Origin: Bacillota bacterium
GTDB taxonomy: Bacteria > Bacillota > DTU065
Assembly: GCA_036721855.1 (NCBI GenBank)
Contig: DAIMKF010000002.1
Coordinates: 16,391-80,390 of the forward strand
Reading direction: 5' to 3'
DNA length: 64,000 nt
Below are positions 1 through 9,159 of the stretch, one piece after another. Under the pieces are notes generated by a model, which saw nothing but the letters and a program-made list of their open reading frames with translations, did no database searches and had not been told where the DNA came from. Each line of letters opens with the position of its first letter. Position 1 is the stretch's first letter. A program made the position numbers and the translations under genes.

Positions 1-575
1 TTATTTTGAGGAGTAAGCAAAGGCAAATACTTTTTTAAAGCCAGAGCTGAAAAACAGTACACACCTGAATTTATCTCATTAATCTGCTTTTCCTTGGTAG
101 AGGCATCTTTATGTTCAACAATTTTTACAAAAACTTCTTCCTTCCTGACAATGCGACCATAACCAGTTGGATCTTCTACCAAAGCAGTTAACACTGTACC
201 CGCAGCTTTAGTTGCTAGGTGCTTTTTTAGAAGTCTCTCTACGGTTTGAAAACTTAATAGGGGCACATCACCGTAAAGAATTATGACATTACCCTTAAAA
301 CCATCTAAAGCCGGCAGAGCTTGCATCATGGCATGCCCTGTCCCAAGTTGTTCTTTTTGGGTAACTGCAATGACATCTTCCGGTAAGGTTGCTTTTACTT
401 TGTCTGCACCATAACCCACAACCACAATTAAGCGCTTTGGATTTAGCTTGTTTGCGGTAAAAAGTACTTCTGCAAGCATAGTTTTACTGCCGATCTTATG
501 TAAAACTTTAGGAAGTTCGCTCTTCATTCTTGTCCCTTTCCCAGCTGCTAAAACAACTATGGCCACATCAGACAT
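1..575 (-). CDS. glmU: GlmU, bifunctional UDP-GlcNAc pyrophosphorylase / GlcN-1-P acetyltransferase; N-terminal part only, 3' end runs off the window
   Basis: Not in the ORF track because it is open at the window edge. My translation from ATG 575..573 gives MSDVAIVVLAAGKGTRMKSELPKVLHKIG...GTGHAMMQA...ILYGDVPLL...GYGRIV...EHKDAS...INSGVY. It carries the LAAGKGTRM nucleotidyltransferase signature, and GGAGG lies 8 nt upstream. Confidence 0.85.
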   Translation of the reverse strand, partial: MSDVAIVVLAAGKGTRMKSELPKVLHKIGSKTMLAEVLFTANKLNPKRLIVVVGYGADKVKATLPEDVIAVTQKEQLGTGHAMMQALPALDGFKGNVIILYGDVPLLSFQTVERLLKKHLATKAAGTVLTALVEDPTGYGRIVRKEEVFVKIVEHKDASTKEKQINEINSGVYCFSALALKKYLPLLTPQN

Positions 576-858
576 ATAAAAACCTCCGCTTTCCTTATTG
601 CATCTAGATAACTGAGATATAATAAAAATCGTAGTTTAATCTTAAACTCAACTGATGATATCTTCCTTTTTTAACCGACAATTTCCTGCTGTTTTACCTT
701 CTCTTTGAATAAGAATAGGTGACTTATTCTACAAAGCTTTGTTTTCTATACAGGATATTCAAACAAACCAGAGAATGAATTCTTAGTGAATCATTCTTTT
801 ATAAAGGGGAGGTGGCGCAAATAGTCTTTCTAAATTGAGAAAGATGTAGCGCTAATCT

Positions 859-3423
859 ATGAGAAAATTTTTACCCTCATTGCTTTTAGTTCTGGTTTTG
901 ATAATACCGGTTTTAAGCAAATATTATACCCTTGAAGGACCGGACTTTTATGTTCACTTTCCTAAAGGGTATGAAGATTTAGCTGCCAAACTAATGGTGC
1001 AAGCCGAAGATATAATGCCTCGTTTAGGTCAGGAAATGAAGGGGCAAATTAACGGTAAAACACACTTAGTGATTGAAGATCGTCTGGACATATCCAATGG
1101 CTATACTGCCAACTATGCGTATCCTCTAATCTCCTTTTTCCCAGTTTTCCCTGATGACATGCTTATGGGGGGACTTGGCCCAGGTGTAGGTGACTGGTTT
1201 GAGATGCTGCTTTGGCATGAGGGAACCCATTTATATCACTTAGAGATGCAAGACCCCATCTCTTATGCCATGAGTTATTTGTTTGGCAGAGAGCTGTTTT
1301 ATTATCCGTTGTGGCAATCACCTGCATCTAACCTTGAAGGTCTTGCTGTCTATAACGAAACTAAATATCAGAACTTTGGCCGTGGTAGTGATGCTATCTA
1401 TCGCATGATATTAGATGCTGCCATTGATGCCGGAGACCTACCTGATCCAAAACTGGTATTAGGTCGCTATGAACTGGATCGTTTTGATTTGGCAGGATTT
1501 TACTATCTGTATGGCTGGAACTTTATGGAGTTTTTGGCCGAAAAATATGATCCTCATGCACCTTTAACACTGCAAACGTTTTTTTTGGAAAAAAGAGGTG
1601 GACTATTCTTATCGCAATTTGACTCAGCTTTGATTGCCCTGACCGGGAAAAAATATACCACCCTGGCTAAAGAGTGGCAAAGCTGGCTCAAAGAAAACTA
1701 TGACCTGCCTGAATTAACTCCCGAGGGTAAGACCTACCCCAACTCAGGTTATTATATCTTCCCTGGTTTTTTCCAAGAAAATTACTTTTACTATGCTCAG
1801 ACCGAGAAAGTCTCTCCCGGACTGTATCGGATGAACCTAGAAAACGAACAAGAAGAGTTATTAGCTCACATTCCTAATATCTATGGTTCAATATCTCAAG
1901 ATAGGTTGGGTAAGATCTATTTTACTAAGCTGGATCAGGACCAAAAAGGCAACCTTTTTTTTAATATCTACTGTTACGATAAGAAACGAATTGAGCCGGT
2001 AATTGTTGGGGAAAGAGCCTATCTTCCCTACCCACTTGGTTTAGATACGATCTACTACCTAAGACATATAGCCGGAAAAGGTAATGCTCTTTACAAAAAA
2101 ACAGCTGATCAAGAAGCAGAGCTTGTTTATCAGTCAAAACCGGGTGAGGAGATTCTTCAATATGTTGTCGGCAGCACCGGCGTGGTTTTTGCCTCCATCT
2201 GGCGCGAAGGTGGCTTTACCGATCTTGCTCGCATCCGAGAGGGAGAGATCTACTATTTTACCAATGATAGCTATAGTGATACCTATCCGCTTTTAAGCAA
2301 CGACGAAACTTCTCTTTACTTCCAATCAAATCGAGATGGACATTATGGCATCTGGGTTTTCGATCTTATCTCTAGAAATGTAGCTCCTGTTGTAAATAAT
2401 CATTATGGTGCATTTAAACCTGTCCTAAATAAAAATAACAACCAAAATGAACTTGCTTTTGTTAGTTATACACATCAAGGGCTTAGGCTTGGTATCTATA
2501 ACTGGCCCGGCGATGCTAACTGGGAGTTTATAGAAGATGAAGAACTCCCAGAACCCAAAGTCTACCCTAAGATTGTTGATCTTCTCGAAGATGGTTATAC
2601 TCTCAAACAATATTCTGGTCCTGCTTGGTTAAAACCAGTATCATGGTCGCCATCATTTATTGGTGCTATACTAACCGGTTCTGATCCTCTACAGACCTAT
2701 TTATACTCTTTGGGTTATAATTACAATCCTCTAGAAAACATACCCTTGCCCAAACATAATCTAAGCCTATCCCTTGGCTACTATCTTAATCCCTTGCACA
2801 GAGTCTCGCTCTCGTATAACACAACCTTTAGCGACTCTTTCTTATTATGTGGATACCAGGGAAAGATTCCTTCCGGAAAAAATAGCTATGAGTTGGAGAC
2901 TGGTTTTGATAACCAAGGTAATCTTTCAGGTAGCTTAGCTTATGTAATGCCTTGGGGTAAAAAGAATCTCAACGGTTATAACTATATCTTTGGCGATCTC
3001 TCATATAACTTCGCTCATACTAAACTTGGTTTTAACGGTGGTTCCGGAATGAATTTAATATTCAACCCCAACTTAAACTGGTCGACAAAACTTCATGGAA
3101 ATCATTGCCCTTCTGGTTTTGACTCACCCGGTTCTGACTTTTTGGGTCAAAATATTTTAATTCTAAACACTAAATTAAACTATGTTTTTGCTCGCCCCAT
3201 GTGGGTTTTGGGAGCTTCTTCAACCATGTGGTCTGAAAAGATGCAGCTATCCCCCTTAGCCACCTTAATTATAGGTGAAAAAGATTGGGATTTAGGGATT
3301 GGGGCAGAACTTAAAAATACCACTAACTTAATGTTTGGTACTTTCCCTATCACCTTTGGTTTAAAGTCAATCTATTGGCCAAAGGTAAATAAAGTTTTAC
3401 TCTCTCCCGTTTTTGAGTTCTAA
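859..3423 (+). CDS. Secreted multidomain protein: N-terminal HExxH (WHEGTHLYH) putative zinc-peptidase module, central TolB/PD40-like beta-propeller repeats, C-terminal beta-barrel-like region ending VFEF
   Basis: 854-aa ORF with signal peptide MRKFLPSLLLVLVLIIPVLS and an HEGTH motif. PD40-like repeats are present (DETSLYFQSNRDGHYGIWVF). The last ~250 aa are rich in alternating hydrophobic/polar strands and end in Phe. Confidence 0.6.
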   Translation: MRKFLPSLLLVLVLIIPVLSKYYTLEGPDFYVHFPKGYEDLAAKLMVQAEDIMPRLGQEMKGQINGKTHLVIEDRLDISNGYTANYAYPLISFFPVFPDDMLMGGLGPGVGDWFEMLLWHEGTHLYHLEMQDPISYAMSYLFGRELFYYPLWQSPASNLEGLAVYNETKYQNFGRGSDAIYRMILDAAIDAGDLPDPKLVLGRYELDRFDLAGFYYLYGWNFMEFLAEKYDPHAPLTLQTFFLEKRGGLFLSQFDSALIALTGKKYTTLAKEWQSWLKENYDLPELTPEGKTYPNSGYYIFPGFFQENYFYYAQTEKVSPGLYRMNLENEQEELLAHIPNIYGSISQDRLGKIYFTKLDQDQKGNLFFNIYCYDKKRIEPVIVGERAYLPYPLGLDTIYYLRHIAGKGNALYKKTADQEAELVYQSKPGEEILQYVVGSTGVVFASIWREGGFTDLARIREGEIYYFTNDSYSDTYPLLSNDETSLYFQSNRDGHYGIWVFDLISRNVAPVVNNHYGAFKPVLNKNNNQNELAFVSYTHQGLRLGIYNWPGDANWEFIEDEELPEPKVYPKIVDLLEDGYTLKQYSGPAWLKPVSWSPSFIGAILTGSDPLQTYLYSLGYNYNPLENIPLPKHNLSLSLGYYLNPLHRVSLSYNTTFSDSFLLCGYQGKIPSGKNSYELETGFDNQGNLSGSLAYVMPWGKKNLNGYNYIFGDLSYNFAHTKLGFNGGSGMNLIFNPNLNWSTKLHGNHCPSGFDSPGSDFLGQNILILNTKLNYVFARPMWVLGASSTMWSEKMQLSPLATLIIGEKDWDLGIGAELKNTTNLMFGTFPITFGLKSIYWPKVNKVLLSPVFEF

Positions 3424-3462
3424 ATAATTCTTTTTTTAATATAGCCAACTCTTTAGAAAAAT

Positions 3463-3488
3463 AAGCCTGAGATGTTTTTCTCAGGCTT
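3463..3488 (+). terminator. Stem-loop downstream of the 854-aa gene
   Basis: AAGCCTGAGA (3463-3472) pairs with TCTCAGGCTT (3479-3488) around a 6-nt loop. The T-run follows only after 7 nt, so this is not a textbook terminator. Confidence 0.5.
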
Positions 3489-3732
3489 ACAGACTTTTTA
3501 AGATCTTTTGTTGCTAATTTCTAAATTGGAATATAGCTGAAAGTCTTAGTATCTTTTCTCCCTCAAGATAAATCTCCCAATTCACAGGTTTTGTTAACAA
3601 AACAGCTATTTTTTGACAGATTCTCGGCCACTTGAAAAAGAGATTTTAAGACCACATTTTTTTTCTGGCAGCTGAGATTTGTCTGAGATAGCAATTCGTT
3701 TGATCTATCTTGTTGATCACTTAAAATAGCAA

Positions 3733-4422
3733 TTAACTTAGCTTTGCTTTTACCTTGGGATGAAGAAGGTTGTTTTCCAAGTGGATATGCAAAAATGTCT
3801 CTCTTTCTAGTTCTTTTAAGAATTTATACACTAGCCTATAGCTTGTGCAAGCATCTTTGGGTTGAGTATAATCGTGACTTAGCTTCTTGTTACTTTTTAA
3901 AAGTTTCCCTGCCCTTTGATGATCACTTTCAATCTCTTTGATGATACGACCTAGTTTAGCGTTATCCAGTGCTTTTTTATCTTTATCCAGTTCTTTTATC
4001 AGTGGGAAAATGTTCTTTTCTTCCTTGCTGATATGAGCGGTTAGTTCTTCTTTGAGAATTATAAAGTTGTCGTAGATATCAAACAGTTCTGGGTGATTAT
4101 CGCTATGGACATCGCGTACTCTTTTTAGCAAAGCTGAAATTTCTGGTAGTTTTTGTTTTAAATATTTATGGTGAGTTTTTTCTATAAAATTTACCAGTTG
4201 GGTTAAGGTGCTATCTTGTAAAGAGTCTTCTTCCGTAGTTTTTAAGCTCTCTATCTCAGCCAAAATATTTTCCAGCGAAGATTTGGTATCATATACGGCC
4301 TCAGATAACTTTCTTTGCCCTCCACAGCAAAAATCAATTCCATGACGAGTAAATACATTAGCCGCCTTAGGGTTTTCCAGTACAATATCGCCCACAAACC
4401 TTTCGAGAATATTGTTACTCAT
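3733..4422 (-). CDS. Iron-sulfur cluster repair di-iron protein (RIC / ScdA / YtfE family)
   Basis: Start reassigned to ATG 4422 (MSNNILERF...), preceded by AAGGAGG. The N-terminal GIDFCCGG motif and a His/Glu-rich hemerythrin-like C-terminal half are present. The 45 upstream codons in the track ORF lack an SD. Confidence 0.8.
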   Translation of the reverse strand: MSNNILERFVGDIVLENPKAANVFTRHGIDFCCGGQRKLSEAVYDTKSSLENILAEIESLKTTEEDSLQDSTLTQLVNFIEKTHHKYLKQKLPEISALLKRVRDVHSDNHPELFDIYDNFIILKEELTAHISKEEKNIFPLIKELDKDKKALDNAKLGRIIKEIESDHQRAGKLLKSNKKLSHDYTQPKDACTSYRLVYKFLKELERETFLHIHLENNLLHPKVKAKLS

Positions 4423-4544
4423 TTTTGCCCTCCTTGGCTTTGTTATTCTTAATTTAAGCTTAACAGGGCAATTTAAAACATTCTTTGAGTACAAACAGTT
4501 TTCCAAAAACTTCCTGAGATTATTGCAGCTATCTAAAGATCCCC

Positions 4545-5168
4545 TTACCAGTACCAAACTATACTTAAACCTGCATAAGTGTTAGGCCAGAGCCGTAAAA
4601 TGTGTTCCTCAAAACCTAAATTATGGTTTTCATATTGATATTCATCAGCTTTAAGATAAGTGGCCTCAAGGCCATAGTCGGCTAAAAAACTTAGATGTTC
4701 TGTGATTTTTAACCTCACTCCACTACCAAAACGCCAAAACTCCCAGATCTCTTTGTATTCGCAATCTTCTAGGTCATCTCGCTCTGGGATTGGAAGCCAA
4801 GGTAGATCAAGAGTAGAATCGCCATACAATATCGCTTGGGAATAGCGAATTTGAACATAGGGTGTAACTTTTTGAGGACTGAGTTTTTCCAATCTAAAGC
4901 TTACTGTGGGCAAAATCGAGCAATGCAGGGCAGAAAAGAAACTATCATTCTCATTATCGAAGTAGTCTTTACGTTCCCAACTCATAGCCTCACCTTTAAA
5001 ACCTATTCCAGCTTGAAGGCTGATTACAAATGGCTCAACTTCCCAATCATAACCAATAAGACCAAACTGGGGCATATTTTCTTGTTTGGGGCTAAAGGTG
5101 AATTGCCATTTGGCACCTGCCTGCAAAGATAGTAAAAAAATAAGCGCCCATAATAACCAGTTTTTCAT
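4545..5168 (-). CDS. Small outer-membrane beta-barrel-like protein (hypothetical)
   Basis: Signal peptide MKNWLLWALIFLLSLQAGA, Tyr/Trp/Gly-rich alternating strands, and C-terminal ...GLSIVWYW ending in aromatic residues. AGAGGAGG SD is present. Confidence 0.55.
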   Translation of the reverse strand: MKNWLLWALIFLLSLQAGAKWQFTFSPKQENMPQFGLIGYDWEVEPFVISLQAGIGFKGEAMSWERKDYFDNENDSFFSALHCSILPTVSFRLEKLSPQKVTPYVQIRYSQAILYGDSTLDLPWLPIPERDDLEDCEYKEIWEFWRFGSGVRLKITEHLSFLADYGLEATYLKADEYQYENHNLGFEEHILRLWPNTYAGLSIVWYW

Positions 5169-5255
5169 GCTAATCCTCCTCTGGTTTTTAGGTGCTTATC
5201 TAGATGTATCTCTTTTTTTATTTTTTTGACAAAAAAACAAATAATCCTGCCTAAG

Positions 5256-6248
5256 TTAAGTTATTTTTCTCACCGGAACTGCTTTTTTAAGTGCTAGTTC
5301 AATCTCGGTTCCATCTGGTTTAATAGAGGCTGAATCTAATTCTAAATAATGCAATAGACCAAATATTGTTTTAACTACATATAAAGTTGCAAAGCCAAGA
5401 TAGCTGCTAGATAAAATTGTACCATTTGTTCCGGCTCCTTCCATTAGATGTTCCGGTCTGATAGCAAAGAGATAACTGCCATCTTCTAAAGCAGTATCCA
5501 GTTTCATATTTCCCCAGCTAAGTGTTTTGTTACAAATAACTAACTCTAAAAGATTGACCTTGCCAAAGAAACCAGCCACATGTTCTGTTTTAGGCTTAGT
5601 GTAGATCTCAAAAGGCTCTGCCACTTGAACAATCCTGCCTTCCTGCATTAAGGCCACTCTGTCCGAAAGGCTCAAAGCTTCTTCCTGATTGTGGGTTACA
5701 AAGATAATGGTTAGACCAAGTTTTTTTTGCAGCTCCTTTATTTCTTCACGCAGTGACTGCCGCAATGACGGATCTAAAGCAGCAAAAGGTTCATCTAAAA
5801 GAAGTAGTTCTGGTTTAACAGCCAAAGTTCTGGCTAAGGCTACCCGCTGCTGTTCTCCCCCAGAAAGATGCCTGATCGAACGTTCTTTTAGAGAGGTAAG
5901 TTGAAAAAGATCCAGCAACTCTTGGAGACGTTTTTCTTTTTTGACCTTAGATTTATGACTGATTCCATAGAGAATATTTTCGCTTACGTTTAAGTGGGGG
6001 AAAAGAGCATAATCTTGAAAAACCAGACCAAATTTCCTTTTTTGGGGCTGTAAATTGGTGATGTCTTTTTTTCCAAACAGAATCTTACCACTATCAGAGC
6101 TTTCAAGGCCGGCTAGAAGCCTTAAAGTAGTTGTCTTGCCACAACCACTTGGACCTAATAAAGAAAAAAATTCACCTTGATTTATCTTAAAATCCAGTTG
6201 GATATTAAAATCTTGATAGTCTTTTCTTAATTCGATAACTTCAAGCAT
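5256..6248 (-). CDS. thiQ: ABC transporter ATP-binding protein of the riboswitch-controlled thiamine-type importer
   Basis: Walker A GPSGCGKTT, signature LSGGEQQR, Walker B LLLLDEP. The ATG at 6248 overlaps the permease stop (ATGCTTGA). A C-terminal regulatory-type extension is present. Confidence 0.7.
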   Translation of the reverse strand: MLEVIELRKDYQDFNIQLDFKINQGEFFSLLGPSGCGKTTTLRLLAGLESSDSGKILFGKKDITNLQPQKRKFGLVFQDYALFPHLNVSENILYGISHKSKVKKEKRLQELLDLFQLTSLKERSIRHLSGGEQQRVALARTLAVKPELLLLDEPFAALDPSLRQSLREEIKELQKKLGLTIIFVTHNQEEALSLSDRVALMQEGRIVQVAEPFEIYTKPKTEHVAGFFGKVNLLELVICNKTLSWGNMKLDTALEDGSYLFAIRPEHLMEGAGTNGTILSSSYLGFATLYVVKTIFGLLHYLELDSASIKPDGTEIELALKKAVPVRKIT

Positions 6249-7809
6249 GGGTTTTCCCCCCTTGAGATTCAATAAGAACAAAAAGTAAGATAAAAAGCAC
6301 AGCTAAAAGCGTTCCCAAGGCTGTTCCTTCAGGGAAACTATAGTGTCCAATCAAGCGATATAAAGCTACCGTAAAAGTTACAAATCTACCTTCCCCAACT
6401 AACATAACCCCGGAGAGATCCCCTAGTGAAAGGGCCATACCATAAGCAAAAGCAGAATTAAGTGCCGGCTTAAGCAGGGGGAGATAGATCTTTTTTAGGA
6501 TCTCTTTTTCTGTAGAGCCAAGCAAAGCTGCTGCCATGGCATATTCCGGGTTAATCTCTTCTAAACCAAGACTAATAATTGAGTAGACTACTGGAAAGGA
6601 AATAAAGATCTGGGTGCAGACCATCAAAATAGGTACCGGTAACCAGTTTTTCATGGTAAGTAAAACACCAAAACCATATGACATCATAGAGACTCCTAGA
6701 GGGATAAGAAAAAACGGTCTGAGTTTGGGAAAATACTTAGCTAAAACATAAGCCAATATGACGGCTGAAAAACTGCTCACTGCAGCTAATAATAAACTAT
6801 TTACAAACACCTGCCATATAGGTAGGCCTAAGATCCTTTCTACCTTTGGCGAAAAAAGACTAAGGTAGTTGGCTATTGTAAAAATTCCGTCCCTACTTTG
6901 AAAAGAACGCACTACAAGGGCCAGCAAGGGACCGCCAAAAAGTAAAAGAAGAAGAGCAAAATATAAATACAAAAGGATCTTTATCCACCAGCGTTTTTCC
7001 CTTTTTAAGAGTTTAGCTTGACAAGACAAAAAGGCCTTCTCTACATCATCTGTGCGCTTGGCAAGATAATTAACCACACTAATAAAGAAAAAGGAAATTA
7101 CTAGTTGTACAAAGGCAACCAAATGAGCTTTCTCTAGATTTAAGCGCCTGGCGAGGGTATAGATATAGACTTCAAGAGTACTAAAAGATATTCCCCCAAA
7201 CACTAAAACCACAGCAAAGCTAAGTGACGAATACAAAAAAGCCAGTAAGGTAGCATAAGCTATCGCTGGCCAAAGAAGTGGTAATTCAACGCGGAAAAAC
7301 GTTTTTAAAGGAGAATCTCCTAAAACATAGGCCGACTCTTTTAGTCTAAGGTTAAGCTTTTCCCAGGTTGAGCCAACTATCCTGATGCTTAAAGAAAAAT
7401 TGTAAAAAACATGGGCAAAAACAATACCTGTAAAGCTATAAAGAAAAGTTTTGGTATTAAAGGTACGGGCAAAAAAACCCATCTGACCATAGTAGATAAT
7501 CATGGCCAGAACGACTAAAATGCTTGGTAAAATAAAGGGAATCATAGTTAGATTCCTAAGCAACTTTTTACCCTTAAACTCATAATGAGAAAAAAAGTAC
7601 GCTCCGGGGAGACCTACCAGTAAACTTATTACCGCACTTAAAAGTGCTTGTCGATAAGTAAATTGGAGGGCCTTTAATAAAGAAGGATCGTTAAACAACT
7701 CGAAAACTAGGGAGGATAAATTGGGAAGAGCTAGAAGCCTGGCAAAAAGTCCCCCTAGTGGTAGATAGATAACTACTGCTAAAACTAAAAGGATTATAAA
7801 TCGCCACAT
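6241..7809 (-). CDS. thiP: Two-domain ABC permease (ThiP/FbpB type)
   Basis: 522 aa, about 12 predicted TM segments, duplicated permease-module architecture. Translationally coupled to the ATPase. Confidence 0.7.
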   Translation of the reverse strand: MWRFIILLVLAVVIYLPLGGLFARLLALPNLSSLVFELFNDPSLLKALQFTYRQALLSAVISLLVGLPGAYFFSHYEFKGKKLLRNLTMIPFILPSILVVLAMIIYYGQMGFFARTFNTKTFLYSFTGIVFAHVFYNFSLSIRIVGSTWEKLNLRLKESAYVLGDSPLKTFFRVELPLLWPAIAYATLLAFLYSSLSFAVVLVFGGISFSTLEVYIYTLARRLNLEKAHLVAFVQLVISFFFISVVNYLAKRTDDVEKAFLSCQAKLLKREKRWWIKILLYLYFALLLLLFGGPLLALVVRSFQSRDGIFTIANYLSLFSPKVERILGLPIWQVFVNSLLLAAVSSFSAVILAYVLAKYFPKLRPFFLIPLGVSMMSYGFGVLLTMKNWLPVPILMVCTQIFISFPVVYSIISLGLEEINPEYAMAAALLGSTEKEILKKIYLPLLKPALNSAFAYGMALSLGDLSGVMLVGEGRFVTFTVALYRLIGHYSFPEGTALGTLLAVLFILLFVLIESQGGKTHA

Positions 7810-7861
7810 CTTCCAGCCCTCCTTGCCAATAGCCCTACTTTATTTAATATGAGCAGCTAGC

Positions 7862-8872
7862 TTATCTCATAACATTTTCCCAGTCTTTTAACCATTGTTC
7901 CAGTTTATCATGTACCTCTTGCAAGTCTATTCTTCGGTTGAGAATCTCCTTGGCTTGAGCGGCAATTCTAAATGACTCGGGAAGCTTGGCATCAATCCTT
8001 ACCGGGTACATAAACTGAGACTCGGTTAGAGCTTCTTGCAACTCCAGACTCAATAAATAGTCGATTACAGCTTCTGCTAATTCCGGGTTTTTAGTTCCCT
8101 TTACAATACCTGCACCTTCAATCTGGGCCCAGCTAACCTGATCTAAGACCAGAGCTTTATATCTTTCAGTCTTGTCATACACCAAATGGTAAACCGGGCT
8201 AGTGCCATAGCTTAGGACTAGAGGTGCTTCTCCGTTGGTGTAAATCCCATAAGCCAAGGACCAGTTTGAGGGCATCACCAGGATATTCTTTTTCAGTTCC
8301 TTCCAAAAATCCAGGTATTTATCTTCTCCGAAGTAGGCAATGGTACTTAATAAAAAGGCCTGCCCCGGAGAGGAAGTCATCGGGTTTGGAATGACAATCT
8401 TTTTGGCATACTCCGGCTTAATCAGTTCGGCATAGGTTTTAGGTGGCTTTGGCAACAGTTTGGAATCATAATTAAAGGTGATATAACCATAGTCAAAAGG
8501 AACCAGGTAAAAATCTTTAGCAAAAACAAGATCCTCTCTTATCCGGTCAAAAGCCTTTGGTTTATAAGCTCTAAACAGATCGTCTTTTTTAGCATCGACA
8601 AGGTAAACCTCATTAAGGCCTATTACTACATCAGCTAGTGGCTTTTTATTTTCCATAAGCAGCCTGGTGTACATGGCTCCTGTATCTTCAAAAAGAACAA
8701 AACGAACCTTAGCCTGGTATTTTTCCGCCAAATGCTTTTCCATCATCTCCATTAGGGTCTGCCCAAAAGAATCATAACTGTAAATAACTACCTCTTTGGC
8801 CTGAGTAATAATGTTAAAAAGCAAAATCATTACCAGCAAAGCTCCCAAAATTACGCCCGTAAAACGTTTCAC
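7862..8872 (-). CDS. thiB: Periplasmic thiamine/TPP-type substrate-binding protein
   Basis: 336 aa with an N-terminal signal anchor and a family-1 SBP size like TbpA. GTG start with GGAGG 7 nt upstream. It lies directly downstream of a TPP riboswitch. Confidence 0.65.
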   Translation of the reverse strand: MKRFTGVILGALLVMILLFNIITQAKEVVIYSYDSFGQTLMEMMEKHLAEKYQAKVRFVLFEDTGAMYTRLLMENKKPLADVVIGLNEVYLVDAKKDDLFRAYKPKAFDRIREDLVFAKDFYLVPFDYGYITFNYDSKLLPKPPKTYAELIKPEYAKKIVIPNPMTSSPGQAFLLSTIAYFGEDKYLDFWKELKKNILVMPSNWSLAYGIYTNGEAPLVLSYGTSPVYHLVYDKTERYKALVLDQVSWAQIEGAGIVKGTKNPELAEAVIDYLLSLELQEALTESQFMYPVRIDAKLPESFRIAAQAKEILNRRIDLQEVHDKLEQWLKDWENVMR

Positions 8873-8898
8873 AAAGAAACCTCCTTCAAATTTGGGGG

Positions 8899-8930
8899 AA
8901 AAAAGCCCTTTCCCAAAATGGAAAAGGGCT
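8899..8930 (-). terminator. Intrinsic terminator forming the expression platform of the TPP riboswitch
   Basis: Minus strand reads AGCCCTTT-TCCATTTTGGG-AAAGGGCT followed by TTTTTT. It is located between the aptamer and the thiB SD. Confidence 0.7.
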
Positions 8931-8945
8931 GAAATTCTTTCTAGC

Positions 8946-9025
8946 TCGAAACTCCCTGCGCTAGCATTATCTAGATCAGGTATCGGAGTTTGATCTCAGC
9001 CCCAATATGGAGCACCCCCGTTCGA
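8946..9025 (-). promoter_or_regulatory. TPP (THI-box) riboswitch aptamer
   Basis: Minus strand reads TCGAAC-GGGGGTGCTCCATATTGGGGCTGAGATCAAACTCCGATACCTGATCTAGATAATGCTAGCGCAGGGA-GTTTCGA. This matches the conserved GGGGUGC / GCUGAGA / ACCUGAUCUGGAUAAUGCCAGCG-AGGGA elements, with a closing P1 helix. Confidence 0.9.
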
Positions 9026-9159
9026 TTTAATAATTTTATTTATTTAACTTTAACAAAGAGCATCCGGTTTGTCAATCACTATCGGTTCTTTGCACAAAGG
9101 AATTTTTGTTGCTGGCCAAGACTGAAACCATTCTTAACTCACATTTAAGATAATTGGAT

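Noticed and set aside
826-838. The 13-mer CTTTCTAAATTGA is shared between the hairpin at 825-844 and the inverted repeat downstream of the DUF1836 gene (about 51085-51097, opposite strand).
   Set aside because: Chance 13-mer matches are expected many times over in about 128 kb of AT-rich two-strand sequence, and no extended similarity surrounds them.
2084-2610. Track ORFs 2084..2296 (+) and 2425..2610 (-) inside the 854-aa gene. The same applies to the other short ORFs nested in or antisense to long genes: 3744..3941, 4836..5132, 5689..5904, 8811..8993, 12408..12761, 13381..13809, 22606..22800, 26110..26950, 27966..28299, 29404..29613, 30453..31317, 37909..38097, 39463..39684, 40215..40689, 42145..44573, 46064..46258, 47602..47913, 51170..51397, 53431..53631, 55154..56579, 59431..59706, 60420..60605 and 61785..62033.
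   Set aside because: These are shadow ORFs within or opposite well-supported longer genes. They have low-complexity or odd composition, no SD, and no recognisable motifs.
3588-3603. Perfect 16-bp palindrome GTTTTGTTAACAAAAC followed by a T-run; it contains Rex-like half-sites.
   Set aside because: It has no spacer between the half-sites, so it does not fit the Rex consensus. It lies downstream of both flanking genes, so it is most simply a weak bidirectional terminator, and there is not enough evidence for a regulatory call.
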